Below, piece by piece: positions 15,022-29,001 of a stretch of DNA of 64,000 nucleotides. The stretch is from the human T2T-CHM13v2.0 reference genome, Homo sapiens. Made by a program: the position numbers and the translations under genes. Location: the NCBI RefSeq assembly GCF_009914755.1, contig NC_060934.1. The stretch is one strand, 5' to 3'. A model generated the notes under the pieces. The model had not been told where the DNA came from, searched no databases, and was given only the letters and a program-made list of their open reading frames with translations. Every line of letters starts with the position of its first letter. Within the stretch, counting starts at the first letter, position 1.

Positions 15022-16004
15022 TATTCTACATTTTCAGAATACCTGTCCTAGGTTAAACACATTCCAAAAGACTGTTAGGGAACAGTTTGTTCTGGGCACA
15101 CTGATATAAATATTTCAGTTATCTTTATTTATAATTATTAAAAAATTTGCTATCACCTTCATGAATATTGGACATGAATATTCATTGCTAACATGAATGG
15201 CTCAAGATAAAGGAGGTTATATGAATAAACTATATGAAACCAGGAAGGCTTTTGTCATCTGGAATGATGCTGAAAAGATGATTCCATAAGTATGAATTTA
15301 GCCCAATTATTCATAGTTTTTATTGCCCAATACTAACTGTAACATTACCCTGAGAGCTGTCTCTAGAATAGTGTTTGGTTTGCCTAAATTGAACTTAAAG
15401 AAAAATGTTGTCAGGCCTCTGAAAGGACAAATCTTACTTGCTAATAAATATACTGTGCATAGTAGTATTTGGCCTGAGACAAACTTTTCCAACCTTTCTA
15501 TGAAGGTTGTGACAGAGAATCCTAGCCCTCTTTTACTACTACTTATTCGTGGCTATTGATACTTAGAATCTAATTATTGTGGAAAGACAATTGGCTTTGG
15601 TCAGTTTACAGCCCTCAACATTTAATGACAAACCAAATAGAAAAAAATCAGAATCAACATTTCTGTCATTAAAAAAATTTCTTCATGATACAGCTCTTGT
15701 CCAGATTTATATAAATAGAAGTTTATTTGTTCTTTGTTTTAGAACTATGAAAAACTGGACACCTACGAAGCAATTTACTTAAACTCTTAGAATTTAGTTC
15801 AAGGTTTTCTCAAAGCTTTCCTCAGAGCCTACTCACTTTTCTAACTAGTTAGATTTCTCAGCCTTCACTAGATAAAAACCAGATATGTAAAATAATAAAG
15901 TTATCCGGACACAGGCAAACAGTGAATGAAATCAGTACACAGTGAATGGCTTGACAGCTGTGAGAGAAGTAGACAGAAAGTGCACCTTAAAAACAATAGA
16001 CACA

Positions 16005-16288
16005 GGCTGGGCGCAGTGGCTCACGCCTGTAATGCAAGCACTTTGGGAGGCCAAGGCAGGCAGATCACGAGGTCGGGAGATTGAGACCATCCTGGCTAAC
16101 ATGGTGAAACCCCATCTCTACTAAAAATACAAAAAATTAGCTAGGCATGGTGGTGGGCGCCTGTAGTCCCAGCTACTCGGGAGGCTGAGGCAGGAGAATG
16201 TGTGAACCCAGGAGGAGGAGCTTGCAGTGAGCCAAGATCACTCCACTGCACTCCAACCTCAGCGACAGAGCGAGACTCCATCTCAAAA

Positions 16289-16322
<34 letters not shown>

Positions 16323-16345
16323 TAAAACAAAAAACAAAAAAACAG
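16005..16345 (+). mobile_element. AluY with compound A/(TA)n tail
   Basis: gatcacgaggtc, accatcctggctaac, ggagcttgcagtgag (Y diagnostics). Confidence 0.95.
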
Positions 16346-16669
16346 ATAAAACAAGCATAGTTATCAAAGATCAATTGTCCATTAAGCCCCACACATCACA
16401 GCACTACTTATAGATAAAAATATGTAATCCAATTTAGGAACTATTAATCACACAATATTCTGAATTAAATAGACAAAAACAAAGCATTAATTTGGTGCCC
16501 ATTATAAATAATATATGTACTGCTAGAAATGAGAAATAATATAAAACTATTCAATATAGCCCCTACCTTGAGAAAATATTAATCTTTGTGAAATAAACAT
16601 TGAGAAATAGTGTTCACTATATGCTGGTTAACTGTGCATTTGTAAAAGTAATCCAGGTCTAGTATCTAC

Positions 16670-16870
16670 AAGATTAAGAACCTAGTCTTAATTCTCTCAC
16701 TTTTAGCCACCTAGGGTCTAGGGAACTAGCATGTATCCCTAGACATCTATTCTAAATCATAAAATGAAATAAAAAATACTTCAGGCATCTACTTTATGTA
16801 GTAGATATAGAATCAGATGAGGTAATAGATATTTAATACACTTCAGAATTCCATTCAAATAGAAGGTATT
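16670..16870 (+). mobile_element. MIR (degenerate)
   Basis: ataaaatgaaataa...agaatcagatgaggtaatagatatt. Confidence 0.5.
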
Positions 16871-16877
16871 GCTCAGT

Positions 16878-17170
16878 GGTCGGGCATGGTGGCTCATGAC
16901 TGTAATCCCAGCACTTTGGGAGCCCAAGGCGGGCAGATCACGAGGTCAGGAGTTTGAGACCAGCCTGACCAACATGGTGAAACCTGTCACTACTAAAAAC
17001 ACAAAAATTTGCCGGGCGTAGTGGTATGCATTTGTAATCCCAGCTACTCAGGAGGCTGAGGCAGGAGAACCGCTTGAACCCGGGAGGCAGAGGTTACAGT
17101 CAGCCAAGATCACATCATTGCACTCCAGCCTGAGTGACAGAGCAAGACTCCGTCTCAAAAAAAAAAAAAA
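16878..17170 (+). mobile_element. AluS (Sg-like)
   Basis: Full Alu; TSD gtattgctca on both sides. Confidence 0.95.
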
Positions 17171-17194
17171 GTATTGCTCAATAAATTAATTTAA

Positions 17195-17420
17195 TAGTTA
17201 AAATCTTAGGCTTTGGAGTGAAAAGAAATAGGAATGAAATGGGACTCTTTCACTTATAAGCCACATCCTCTTTGAGCAAGATTTAAGGTATTTATATCTC
17301 AGTGACATCATTCTGATACTCAGATAAAATGGCACAAGGCTGTCATGATGATAGAATGAAAGAGTTCATATCTAGAATTCAGCATAGTGCTTAGCATGCA
17401 TTTACTAAACTCTTACTATT
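17195..17420 (+). mobile_element. MIR
   Basis: ggctttggagtgaaaaga...tttgagcaag...cagcatagtgcttagcat. Confidence 0.7.
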
Positions 17421-17484
17421 GATGTTAATATTTAGAAAGAAGAATGCACAATAGAATTCAGGCAAAAAAAATCGATTTGTAAAG

Positions 17485-17698
17485 CAGTGTTTCTTAAAGA
17501 GACTACAACTCTGTTATCAATAAAACTCTCACTTCTGGAATACTCAGCAACATATAGTAAGTGATATGATACCATATTAGCAGAGATAGTACATCAAATT
17601 CCCGGCAACCACTTAAGGTGGGGGGGGATTTTTTTTTTTCCTATTCTTAGATACAAAAATTTTCATCTGCAAGGTTACATGTATACTTTAAGCACTGC
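17485..17698. mobile_element. Possible hAT-Charlie (MER5-like) MITE
   Basis: Inverted termini aagcagtgttt ... aagcactgctt. Confidence 0.35.
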
Positions 17699-17790
17699 TT
17701 GCTCTTCATGTCCACTTTATATACTGATAAACAGAAAGAAAGATCTCCAGTTAAGTTCTGAAAATGTGTCTAAGATAGGTAGATATTGGT

Positions 17791-18135
17791 TGATATGGCT
17801 TGTCTGTGTCCCCACCCAAATCTCGTCTTTAATTCCCACGTGTTGTGGGAGAGACCTGGTAGGAGACAATTGAATCCTGGGGGCAGGTCGTTCCCATGGC
17901 TATTCTTGTGATAGCAAATAAGTCTCATGAAATCTGATGGTTTGAAAAATGGTAGTTTCCCTGCCCCAGTTCTCTCCACTTGTCTGCTGCCAAGTGAGAC
18001 ATGCCTTTCACCTTCCACCATGATTGTGAAGCCTCCCCAGCTACATGAACTGTAAGTCCAATTGAACCTCTTTCTTTTGTAAATTGCCCAGTCTCTGGTA
18101 TGTCTTTATCAGCAGCTTGAAAATGGACTAATACA
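17791..18135 (+). mobile_element. THE1 (B/C-like) solo LTR
   Basis: tgatatggct...aaatggactaataca; perfect TSD TTGGT at 17786-17790 and 18136-18140. Confidence 0.95.
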
Positions 18136-18382
18136 TTGGTCAACTATATTGGCAGTGGATGGTGGGGAGGGGAACATAAATAAATGTTTATAAACCTGGC
18201 CATCAACACTTTGAGCTAAAAAAATGACAAATGAGTGAAATACACAATTCACAACTAATACTTAGCATGTATTATTTTGAGCAAATTAATAGATCAAACA
18301 CTAACATAACCCCTTAGTATATTTTCAGTTGATACATATATCAAAAAGTAAAAATAAGCAGGATTGGAGCATACAGCAGAGA

Positions 18383-19109
<727 letters not shown>

Positions 19110-19110
<1 letters not shown>

Positions 19111-19481
19111 TTCCGGTGGGCCTTATGGACAGGAATGGAGAAAAAGGCATTTGCCAAGTCAATGGCTGTATATCAGGTACCAGGAGATGTGTTAATTTGC
19201 TCAAGCAATGAAACCACATCTGGTACGGAAGCTGCAATTGGAGTCACCACTTCATTAAGCTTACAATAGTCCACTGTCATTCTCCAAGATCCATCTGTTT
19301 TATGCTCAGGCCAAATAGGAGAGTTGAACAGGGATGTGGTGATTACCACCCCTGTAGCTTTCAAGTCCTTCATAGTGGCATTAATCTCTGCAAACCATCC
19401 AGGGATGTGATACTGTTTTTGATTTACTATTTTTCTAGGTAGAAGAAGCTCTAATGGCTTCCATTTGGCCTTTCCTACCAT
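19110..19481 (-). pseudogene. HERV-L reverse transcriptase N-terminal remnant
   Basis: Retroviral RT motifs NSP.WP, GSWRM..DY..LN and IDL.NAFF, with an in-frame TGA. Confidence 0.9.
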
Positions 19482-21348
19482 AATAGCCCTCCAGTCAGGG
19501 AGCCAATGTGGGGGTTCTGCCAGCTTCTAAGTATGCCTATGCCAATTATTCATTCCAGCACTGGGGAAATGACCACAGCATGAGTCCAAGGACCCACTGG
19601 ATAACCACTATAAGACAGATCCGAGCTGAAACCCCATTAATTATCTGACCTCTATAAGCCCCTACTTTAACTAGAGGACCACAGTTTTGGGTCCCCAAGA
19701 ATCAACGTCAGCTCAGAGCCAGCGTCCAGCAGTCACCAAAATGACTGATAATTTCCCTTTCCCCAGTGCACAGTGACCTTGGTAAAAGGCCTGAGGCCTC
19801 CTTGGAGAAGGATGGAAGAAAGATTAACAGCATAAATTGGTGGGTAGTGTAATGGGATTCTTCCTCAAGGGGACCTGGCCTCCCCTTCATTCAAGGAGTT
19901 CTGGGTCTGTAAACTGGCTCAACTCTGGAAATTGACTGAGGGGTCATGATTCTCTGTTTTTATAATTCAAATTAGTCTTTTGTCCATTCTACATAGAAGT
20001 TTTCTGCTTAAATTAAGTAGGAATGCAGTAGGCTTCCTATTAATTTCACTTCTAGGAACACCCTGATTAATTAGCCAATGTCAGAGCCTTACATGAGTCA
20101 GACTACTCTGATGCTGCTTTGCCTCTGCTGTCCATTATGGTAACTACACCCACCTTGCCTTTGATGGTTGAGCGCCACCACTTGGCCCATGCCACCTTGG
20201 GATCCAATTACTCCTATTGTATTTAAATTTTGTAGTTGAGTGACTGTGGTTCACACTGTTTGATCTGACATACAGAGAAGAGCAATTATAGGGCTCTTCA
20301 AAGATGCAGGTGCTGCCCTCATAAATCTCTTTTGCAAAGCACTGGTCAAGGGTATATCTTCGGGACCCACCCAGCAGGGATGAGTAGGTCTAAAGTGACT
20401 AGTCCACTCCACCATCCCAAACTCCCTAAGCCTTTAGATCCCTTTCTCTGCATTAAACCAAGAGAGATCCGGCATTTCCAGCAAGCTCAGAGTTGGCTCT
20501 CTTTTAATCCATATTTTAGCTAACCAGACAAATAAATTATTATAACCTTTTTTTAACTCCTGAAGCTGCAACATTAAATGCAGAATCCCTACTTGGTGGG
20601 CCCAGATCAATAAATTCAGCCTGATTGAACTCTATGTTTCTTCCACCATTATCCCATACCCATAATATCCATTCCCATGCCTGTTCTCCAGATTTCTGCT
20701 TATATAAATTAAAAAAACATAACAAAACAAAATAAACTCCAGCAGTTCTTTTCAAGTGTAGCACACTTCCTCATGGGTCACACTCTGAACTTACCTCTAG
20801 GGGCCCACAAGGACTTTAGTCTAGTTATAGATTCAGAAGCAAACAGGAGTGTTGGGGCTGGCTCCTGAGGAGAATCAACATTATTTTTCCTGGCAACTGC
20901 CTTAGGGGAGGCCATCACTGTTGCTTCAGGCAGTGCAAGGTTTCTCTCCTCAGACAAAGGTGGAAAGGCTGATGGCAGCATGGATTAGAGAGGGGAGGTT
21001 TCCACGACTAGGAATGGAGAAGCCGTTTCTTCTGACAAAAAAGTTTCATCAGAGTTTACAAGCTCAGTGTCCCCAGCCTTATCAGGGTCCTCCCACACAT
21101 CCCCATTCCAAGTTGCAGGGTCCCATTCTTTTCCAATCAATGCCCTCACTTTAACAGGGGACACCTGGCGAGGCTGTGATTACACCTGTTGTTGCAGGTC
21201 AGCCACTAGCATGATAAGAGTTTGTGTCTGATTTTCCACAATTTTAGCTCTTTCTCTACAGGAGCTAAGACTCTCACTCGGGAAAATCTTAGCAGATTTG
21301 AGGCTCAGTATCTGCTTCTGAAGCCAGGAGTTAGAATCCCTGAGTTCA

Positions 21349-21655
21349 GCCGGGCGCGGTAGCTCACGCCTGTAATCCCAACACTTTGGGAGGCCAAGGC
21401 AGGCAGATTACGAGGTCAGGAGATCGAGACCATCCTGGTTGATACGGTGAAACCCCGTCTCTACTAAAAAATACAAAAAATTAGCTGGGCGTGGTGGCGG
21501 GCGCCTGTAGTCCCAGCTACTCAGGAGGCTGAGGCAGGAGAACGGCATGAACCCAGGAGGTGGAGCTTGCAGTGAGCCAAGATCGCGCCACTGCACTCCA
21601 GCCTGGCTGAGAGAGTGAGACTCTGCCTCAACAACAAAAAAAAAAAAAAAAAAAA
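21349..21655 (+). mobile_element. AluY inserted into HERV-L gag
   Basis: Perfect 16-bp TSD agaatccctgagttca at 21333-21348 and 21656-21671; many CpGs retained. Confidence 0.97.
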
Positions 21656-21970
21656 AGAATCCCTGAGTTCATCCTTTTCTTTCATCACTTTGTCCAGTAA
21701 ACTTAGGAGCAACCAACCAACTTCATAGTCAAAGGTATTATGTATAGAGTCACTAAACTCTTTGCCTCTCACAAGTGGTGAATCAGGAGTGTCAAATGCA
21801 TTTATTTTGCATAACTGTCTAAATAGTTCAGAGCAAGGACTATCATTGTTCACCATACTATTAGAAGTAAAGTACTTAGCATTTTTTGATCTAATCATAT
21901 TAAGCAGCCAACTCCAGAAACCCCAAAACCAATGAAAGAACTCCATCCTTAATATTCAGTTCCTCTAGAA

Positions 21971-21985
21971 CCACTCCTGGCACCA
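21971..21985 (-). other. Primer binding site (tRNA-Leu)
   Basis: Minus strand TGGTGCCAGGAGTGG just inside the 5' LTR, complementary to the tRNA-Leu 3' end. Confidence 0.85.
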
Positions 21986-21990
21986 AAATC

Positions 21991-22061
21991 TGTATTAGTC
22001 AGAGTTCTCTAGAGGGACAGAACTAATAAGAGATATAGATATAGATATAGACATATAGATG

Positions 22062-22113
<52 letters not shown>

Positions 22114-22538
22114 TACATATATATACACACACACACACATACACAAAACTAATAGGATATATTTAGGAGTTTATTAAGTAGTATTAACTCACACAATCAT
22201 GAGGTTTCACAATAGGCTGTCTGCAAGCTGAGGAGCAAGGAATTCAGTCTGAGTCCCAAAGCTGAAGAACTTAGAGTCCAATGTTCAAGGGCAGGAAGCA
22301 TCCAGCACAGGAGAAAGATGTAGGCTGTAAGGCTAAGCCAGTCTAGTCTTTTCACATTTTTCTGCCTGCTTTATTTTCTGATTAGATGGTGCCCACCCAG
22401 ATTAAGGGTGGGTCTGCCTTTCCTAGCCCACTAAATCAAATGTTAATCACCTTTGGAAACACCCTCACAGACACACCCAGGATCAATACTTTGCATCTTT
22501 CAATCCAATTAAGTTGACACTCAGTATTAACCATCACA
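21991..22538 (-). mobile_element. MLT2A (MLT2A1-like) 5' LTR of HERV-L, with internal (TA)n(CA)n microsatellite
   Basis: tgtattagtcagagttctctagagggacagaactaata ... gttgacactcagtattaaccatcaca. Confidence 0.93.
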
Positions 22539-23085
22539 GTATCATATAACACAGCAATTCCATTCTTAGGTTTCTGCTCAAGAGAAATGAAAACTTATGT
22601 TCACACACAAAAATATATGTAAATATTAATAGCAGTATTATTCATAATAGTCAAAAATTAGAGACAATCCCCATGACCGTCAGCTGATGAATGTATAAAG
22701 TGTAGTATATGCAGACAATTGCACATTATTGAGAAATAAAAAATAATGAAATATCAATATATGCTAGACCATGGGCATTAAAACGTTAAACTAAGCAAAA
22801 GTAACCAGATACAATAGATCACACATTGCATGATTACATCTAAACAACATGTCAGAATAGACAAATTTAAAGACACAGAAAGCAGACTGGTAGTTGCCTA
22901 GGACTGGTGACTCTGGAGTAAATGAGGAGTGTAGGCTTTTTTTATGGTGTGATACAAATATTCTAAAATTGACTGTGGTGATGGTTGAACAACTATGTGA
23001 ATATATACTAAAAACATTAAATTGTGTACTTTAAATTGGTAGATTTTAGGGTAAATGAATTATATCTTAATATAGCTGCTAATAA
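22539..23085 (+). mobile_element. L1MB-type 3' end
   Basis: cagcaattccattcttagg...agagaaatgaaaacttatgttcacac...gtggtgatggttg...gaattatatcttaatatagctg. Confidence 0.88.
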
Positions 23086-24169
23086 CAAGCAAGAATTATT
23101 CCACGGAGATGATGGAGTTAGCGCAGCTTCCTTGCTGTCCACACTCAGTAGCAATCTATTTGTTTTCCTGGAGCTAATGAGCTTCTTGTGGCTTACAGAC
23201 AGGGACCAGAGAGAAACACAGAAAGTGTCAGGTCATGGGATGTCTTAACACACAGGTATCTTCCTAAGGGAAATGTTAACATAGGTGGATCCTATAGGAG
23301 TGAGTCTGGTCTTTATAAAGCCCAAAATCAAGAAACAGCTAAATAGAATGGATATGGAAAGCATTCCTCCTGTTACTGAAGCCACAAAAGTATAACGAGC
23401 ATAAAAAACAGACTTGCTTCAAGTGGTATAGGATTAGACAATTAGGTTCGTACAATATGAAGTGTGGATCCATACACATAAGAAAATTTCACACACAAAA
23501 AAGAGAGTTGACAGTACAACTAGTTAGGAAAAAGCAAAGTCCTTCATATATGATGCTGCTTGGTGTTTATTCAGACAGAAGAAATTGAAATTGATTTCAA
23601 ATTTCATTATATACACAAAAATACATGTTATATAGCTTGAAGGCTTAAGTGTAAAAAATAAACAGTTAAAACATTGGAAGATTATTTTGTCAAATACACA
23701 TATAATCCAGGTCAAGAGATCAGTTTATTCAAGAAATATTGAATCTGGTGATATGAAGATATATTTGACTCTATGAACTTGGATACCTTGCCTATCTTCC
23801 TTCCTTCTTCCTTCTTTCTCATCTATCTCAGCTGTCTATCTCCTAGAACCAGTAACCAAATGTTTATACATGGTATTAATTTTCACGTATTAATATTTTA
23901 TTAATAGAATCAATAGCATTAATAGAATTTTCTATTTTGTTATGTTCTGTTCTCTTATATACTACTTGATTTCATTAACAAGAGATAATATTAACACCAA
24001 AAATTGATTTTGTGATCCAAAGTATGGCTTGAAAATCTGCTGTAGAGACTTTGAATGTTTGCATCTCTTTAGTGTCATAAATATGTGTATGCTTCCTGAC
24101 TTCTTCCTTCCTGATTTTCTTCTTGAATAAGTAATTTCATAAACCATTACAACGCTTAGTATGATAACC

Positions 24170-24885
24170 GTTTGCTCCTATTGCAGGTATGGGCTGTGGT
24201 CTGGTAGAGAGAATCAGAACTCCAGAGGGGGAGGAACATGCAGTAGTATTTGTGGCAGCAACGTGCACAGCAGGAAGTATTAGAGCCTTAGTCAAATGAG
24301 AAAGGCATCTGAGAGGGTGGGAGGCAAATGTGGCCATGTTTGGAAGATGAAATGTTTTGGGGAGCCAAATGGACTGGCAGTGAAGGGCCAGCAAGAATTG
24401 TTAAGAGTCTAATGAGGGTGAGTAGGGCATGCCCATGAAGTGGGGGACAGCAGCAGTGTAATTTGGGGTGTCCTAGACTGAGTGATATCAGGCTATCTGG
24501 GCTGGGTGGGGTGTTGTGGAAGTGATCAATGTAAAGAATCAGAGCCTGGGTGGGGTTTCAGAAAGTAAACGGTGTCAAAACCTTGGAAAAGGGTTGCCAC
24601 AGCAGCCTGGCATGGGGTCATCAAACCCAAGAGAGGAAAAGGAGGTCATTCAAGATGTCTGGAATGGGAGGTCAGAACCCAAAGCAGGTAAGCAGAATGT
24701 TTAGGACTGGGTCAGAATGGGAATGATGATTTGGTGTGATTTCAAAGCCCAAAGATGATTACAAGGGCATTTGTGTAGACTCTCATATGTGTTGAGTTAG
24801 GGAATAATGAGGGTAATCATGGTGTCTGCATGGGAAGGGTGTCAGTAGGACAGCAGTCTACAGTGGGATGTCAAAGCAAGAGTGG
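24170..24885 (+). mobile_element. L1MC/L1MD-type 3' UTR with degenerate G-rich tandem units (left part)
   Basis: Recurring ggggtgtc/tcagagcc/gagggtgag-like units typical of L1MC3-type 3' UTRs. Confidence 0.55.
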
Positions 24886-26788
24886 AGAGAGTGGAGCAAG
24901 ATGGTCCCCCAGTAATCATCCCCTGAAACAAACAACTTTCATAACAAGAAAATGTCAGGTGAGCACTCACAGTACCTGGCTGTAAATACATATCACTGAA
25001 AGAGTCACTGATGAGGATAGGAAAGAAAGTCTTGAATTGCTGATGCCACCCCTCCCCCATCCCCTGGCAGAAGACACATGGCAAGAAGAGAGGATCTGTG
25101 CACTTGAGAGAGGGAGAGTGCAGCAATTGTGAGGCTTTGCATTGAACTCAGCACTGTTCTGTCACAGCAGAAAGCAAAACCAGAATGAATTCAGCTGATG
25201 CCGGCTCACAGAAGGAGTATATAAACCAATCCTATCCAGAGGAGAATAACCCAAACCAGCAGTTGAAACTTAAGTTCCAGCCAGCCTTCCCACCACAGGC
25301 TAAAGGGCTCTGGGGTTCTAGGTAAACTTGAAATGCAGTCTAGGCCACAAAGACTGCAACTCCTATGCAAGTACTAGTGCTGAGCTGGGCTTAGACCCAC
25401 TGGACTAGGATGGCATGTGACCTACGGTGACAATGGCTGGAGCAGCTAAGGGAGTGCTTGTGCAACCCCTCCCTCAACCCCAGGCAGCACAACTCACAGG
25501 TCAGGGGGATACTCTTTACTTCTGCTGAGGAGAGAAGAGGGAATTGTAAAGGGAACATTGTCTTACATCTTGAATACCAGGTAAGCCACAGTAGGATAGG
25601 ACACTAGTCAGTCATGAGGCTCCCATTTCAGGTTCTACCTCATGGCTGACATTTCTAGACACATCCTGGGCAAAAATAGAAACCTCTGCCTTGAAGAGAA
25701 GAACCCAGTCCTGGTAGGACCCATCAACTGACGCAACAAACAAACAAACAAACAAATAAACAAAAAACCTTGGTCCCTGAATAACCAGCAGTGATACCCA
25801 GGTAGTACACTGTGGTGAGATTTATGAGACTTGCTGGCTTCAGATGAGACTCAGTCCAGCTGTGGTGGCTATGGGAGAGACTCCTTCTGCTTGAGAAAAC
25901 TCTTGCATGCTGTTCGTATAAATGTAAATCAGTACAACTACTATTGGCAACAGTATTTGAAATTCCTCACAAAACTATAAATAGAAGCATCATATGATCC
26001 AGAAATCTCACTTCTAGGTATAAACACAGAAGGATGAAAATCAAAATATGGCAGAGCTATCTGCACTCCGTGTTTATTGCAGCACTATTCACAATGGCCA
26101 ATATTTGGAAGCAAAATAAGCTCAATAAATGGTCCTGGGAAAACTGGATATCCATACACTGAAGAATAAAACTAGACACTTATCTCCCAGTATATAAAAG
26201 AAAATCAAAGGCATCAAACTCTGAATCTGTCATGGTAAATTGTGTATGCATCCACAATGGAGCATTATTCAGCCATAAAAAGTGACATTCTGTCATTTTC
26301 AAAAACATGATTGATCTGGACATCATCAAATTAAGGGAAATAAGAAAATTAAGGGAAATAAGCCAGGCACAGAAAGACAAACTTTGCATGATCTCATTTA
26401 TTCATGTGAGCTGAAAAATAAAACTATTGAATTCATGAAGATAGAGAGTAGAGGGATGGTTCCCAAAGGCAGGGAAGCGTAATGCAGGTTTATGGGGGAA
26501 GTGGGGATAGTTAATGGGTACAAAACATAGTTAAAAAGAATGAATAAGACTTAGTATTTGTTAGGACAACAAAGTGACTACAGTAAAAAGCAATTTAATT
26601 GTATGTGTTAAATAACAAAAATAGTATAATCAGTTTTTTTGTAACATAAAGGATAGATGCTTGAGGTGATGGATACCCCATTATCCTGATGTGACTATTA
26701 TGCACTGCATTCCTGTATCAAAATATCTCAATATCACCCCAAAATATATGTACCCACAAAAATTAAAAATGAAAGAAAATTTAAAAAT
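24886..26788 (+). mobile_element. L1MA (L1MA2/3-like): 5' UTR joined directly to 3' end
   Basis: gtggagcaagatgg start and L1M1-type 5' UTR to 25899, then late ORF2/3' UTR ending gcttgaggtgatggatacccc...tatgtacccacaaaaattaaaaat. Confidence 0.88.
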
Positions 26789-26789
26789 A

Positions 26790-27210
26790 CAAGTACAAGT
26801 GGAATGAAGAAGGCAATAGTTTGGGGTATGGTATTTGTGGCATGTAGTGTGAAGTGTTGGACTTTGAACTTGGTAATAAGTTTGTCTGCGTGGTTGTCGG
26901 TGGGGTGAGGGCTGCATCTGTGCTGCGCCAGTGGCAGCCAGGCGTGTGGTGTCAAAGCATGAGTGGAGTGAGGAGACCATTTGTATGGGGTCATAGGCAG
27001 GAGATTGGTTTAACCCAGTGACATTTACTTAGTACATAAATACAATGAAGGTAAGAAGCAGGTTTCCTATCAGAGAATAGAGACAAAAGTGTGGAAAGAT
27101 TAAAAAAAAAAAAAAAACTAGAGTAAATGGTATGGGATCAGATTGGAATTGAAGTTTTAGTGTGAACTCATAGGTATATATATAAGTAAACAAAGGAAAA
27201 ATAAGTATAA
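26790..27210 (+). mobile_element. L1MC/L1MD-type 3' UTR (right part)
   Basis: ggtgtcaaagcatgagtggagtgaggag, ctagagtaaatggtatgggatcagattggaattgaag...gtgtgaactcat. Confidence 0.6.
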
Positions 27211-28627
27211 ACAGGTCTTTTTAGCCTGCTATTTGGGGCATTACACTGTGAATTTTTCATCTTTACTCATGAAGACAGCTTCTGATTCCAAATCACTCAG
27301 CACACAGTGGTTAAATTAGGACAACTGTAGCAGCAATCAAGTTTTGCTGTGCTTTCTAACCATTTATTTATCAAAATCCGAATGAACTACCTTTATTTTG
27401 GAGGAGGGAGGTAAGGAATGGCTCAGTCCACTTCTATTGCTAGATAATTGTGTCTTTGTGTCTGAAATTTATGTTTTTTAACCTGGAGCTTTCTTTAAAA
27501 AAAGCTTTGTTCTTATGTGTGGGTGAGACAAGTGTATGACTGGGAAAATCAGAGACGAAGATGACATTTTTTCCCTTATTTTCTTTTAAAAACTGGTTTT
27601 GGATTTAATGAATCTATGGTTTTTAAAAAAGTATTTGAAACCACGAGACATATAATTGAATTTTTCAGTTTTCTTAATAACTCTTCCAATGTAAATATTC
27701 TTTACTTTTCAATTTAAAATACATTGTTTTCTTAGCTCCAAATCAACTAATTCTTGGTAGTTAAGTATAGAAACACCATAGGGACTTTGCAGGATCAGTT
27801 GAGTCTCCCATTGTTCTCACTAGACAACTGATACTTATTAGCAGTTTATTGAGTATACTTCACTAACATGGTTTTTGTTCCTTTCTATTTATCAAAATCT
27901 CAGAAAAATTACAGCCTTTATATACTTACACTTTAATCAACAATAGCTGACAGCATGTGAAGCAATAAATAGCTTCAAGACATGCAATAAACTCTGAGGT
28001 TTATTTACAAAACAACACAGTGAGAATCATTTATTGCCAAGTTACTAAAGGTAATAGTGATTACTGCTATTAAAATACCAGAAGCTATTAAATAGTTGCC
28101 CAAGCAAATAGTCTACATTCAAACCCAGAATTCAAATTAGTCTTTTTTCATTTAACTTTAGAAAAACAGAATAGTTTAACTCTGTTCAATTAGAAAGGAA
28201 AAAAAAAATAACCAAGAAACAACAAAAATTCTCCAATTCAAACAGGTTTAGAAATTGTAAGCTTTTCTTTGGGTCATACAATGGGCTTTTGGCATGAAGC
28301 AAATGGAAGTTTTCACTTTCTACTATAGTCATAAACTTTTGCTGACAGGTCATTTATAAGAAGGAATGAATAAAAGTAGGTCTCTACCATTTCCATAAAG
28401 ATAGACTAACAGAGAACATGCAGTATCAGTTGATTATCACTTAGGAAACTGGAAAGAGTGTTTCTTGGCTTTAAAAGAGACATGATAGAAATCTAAAAGC
28501 ACAGCAGATAATAGGGAATAAAGGTCTATTTGAAGTGTCTCTTCCCCAGAACTCCAAAATACACCTTTATTATGACATATAATTCCCTAGTGATTGCCTA
28601 TAAAATTCTATTAAAGATAAAGATCTT

Positions 28628-28970
<343 letters not shown>

Positions 28971-29001
28971 TCATTCCTCTGGCGACCATATTCCTCTAAG
29001 T

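Noticed and set aside
17867-17877. DUX4 motif position in THE1 LTR
   Set aside because: It reads caattgaatcc rather than taattgaatca, and the other THE1 copy (near 30826) is also mutated, so intact DUX4 sites are not supported.
21521-21946. 141-aa ORF with a retroviral N-terminus
   Set aside because: Chimera of decayed HERV-L gag start and antisense AluY (poly-[12 protein letters not shown]); not a plausible functional gene.
24170-24885. Degenerate G-rich periodic repeats that might suggest a spacer-repeat array
   Set aside because: They match the tandem units of L1MC/MD 3' UTRs; there are no identical repeats with unique spacers, and this is eukaryotic DNA.
27225-27410. Possible exon ending at GAG|GTAAGG
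   Set aside because: Short, weak acceptor tract and no supporting reading frame or context; such pairs are common by chance in AT-rich DNA.
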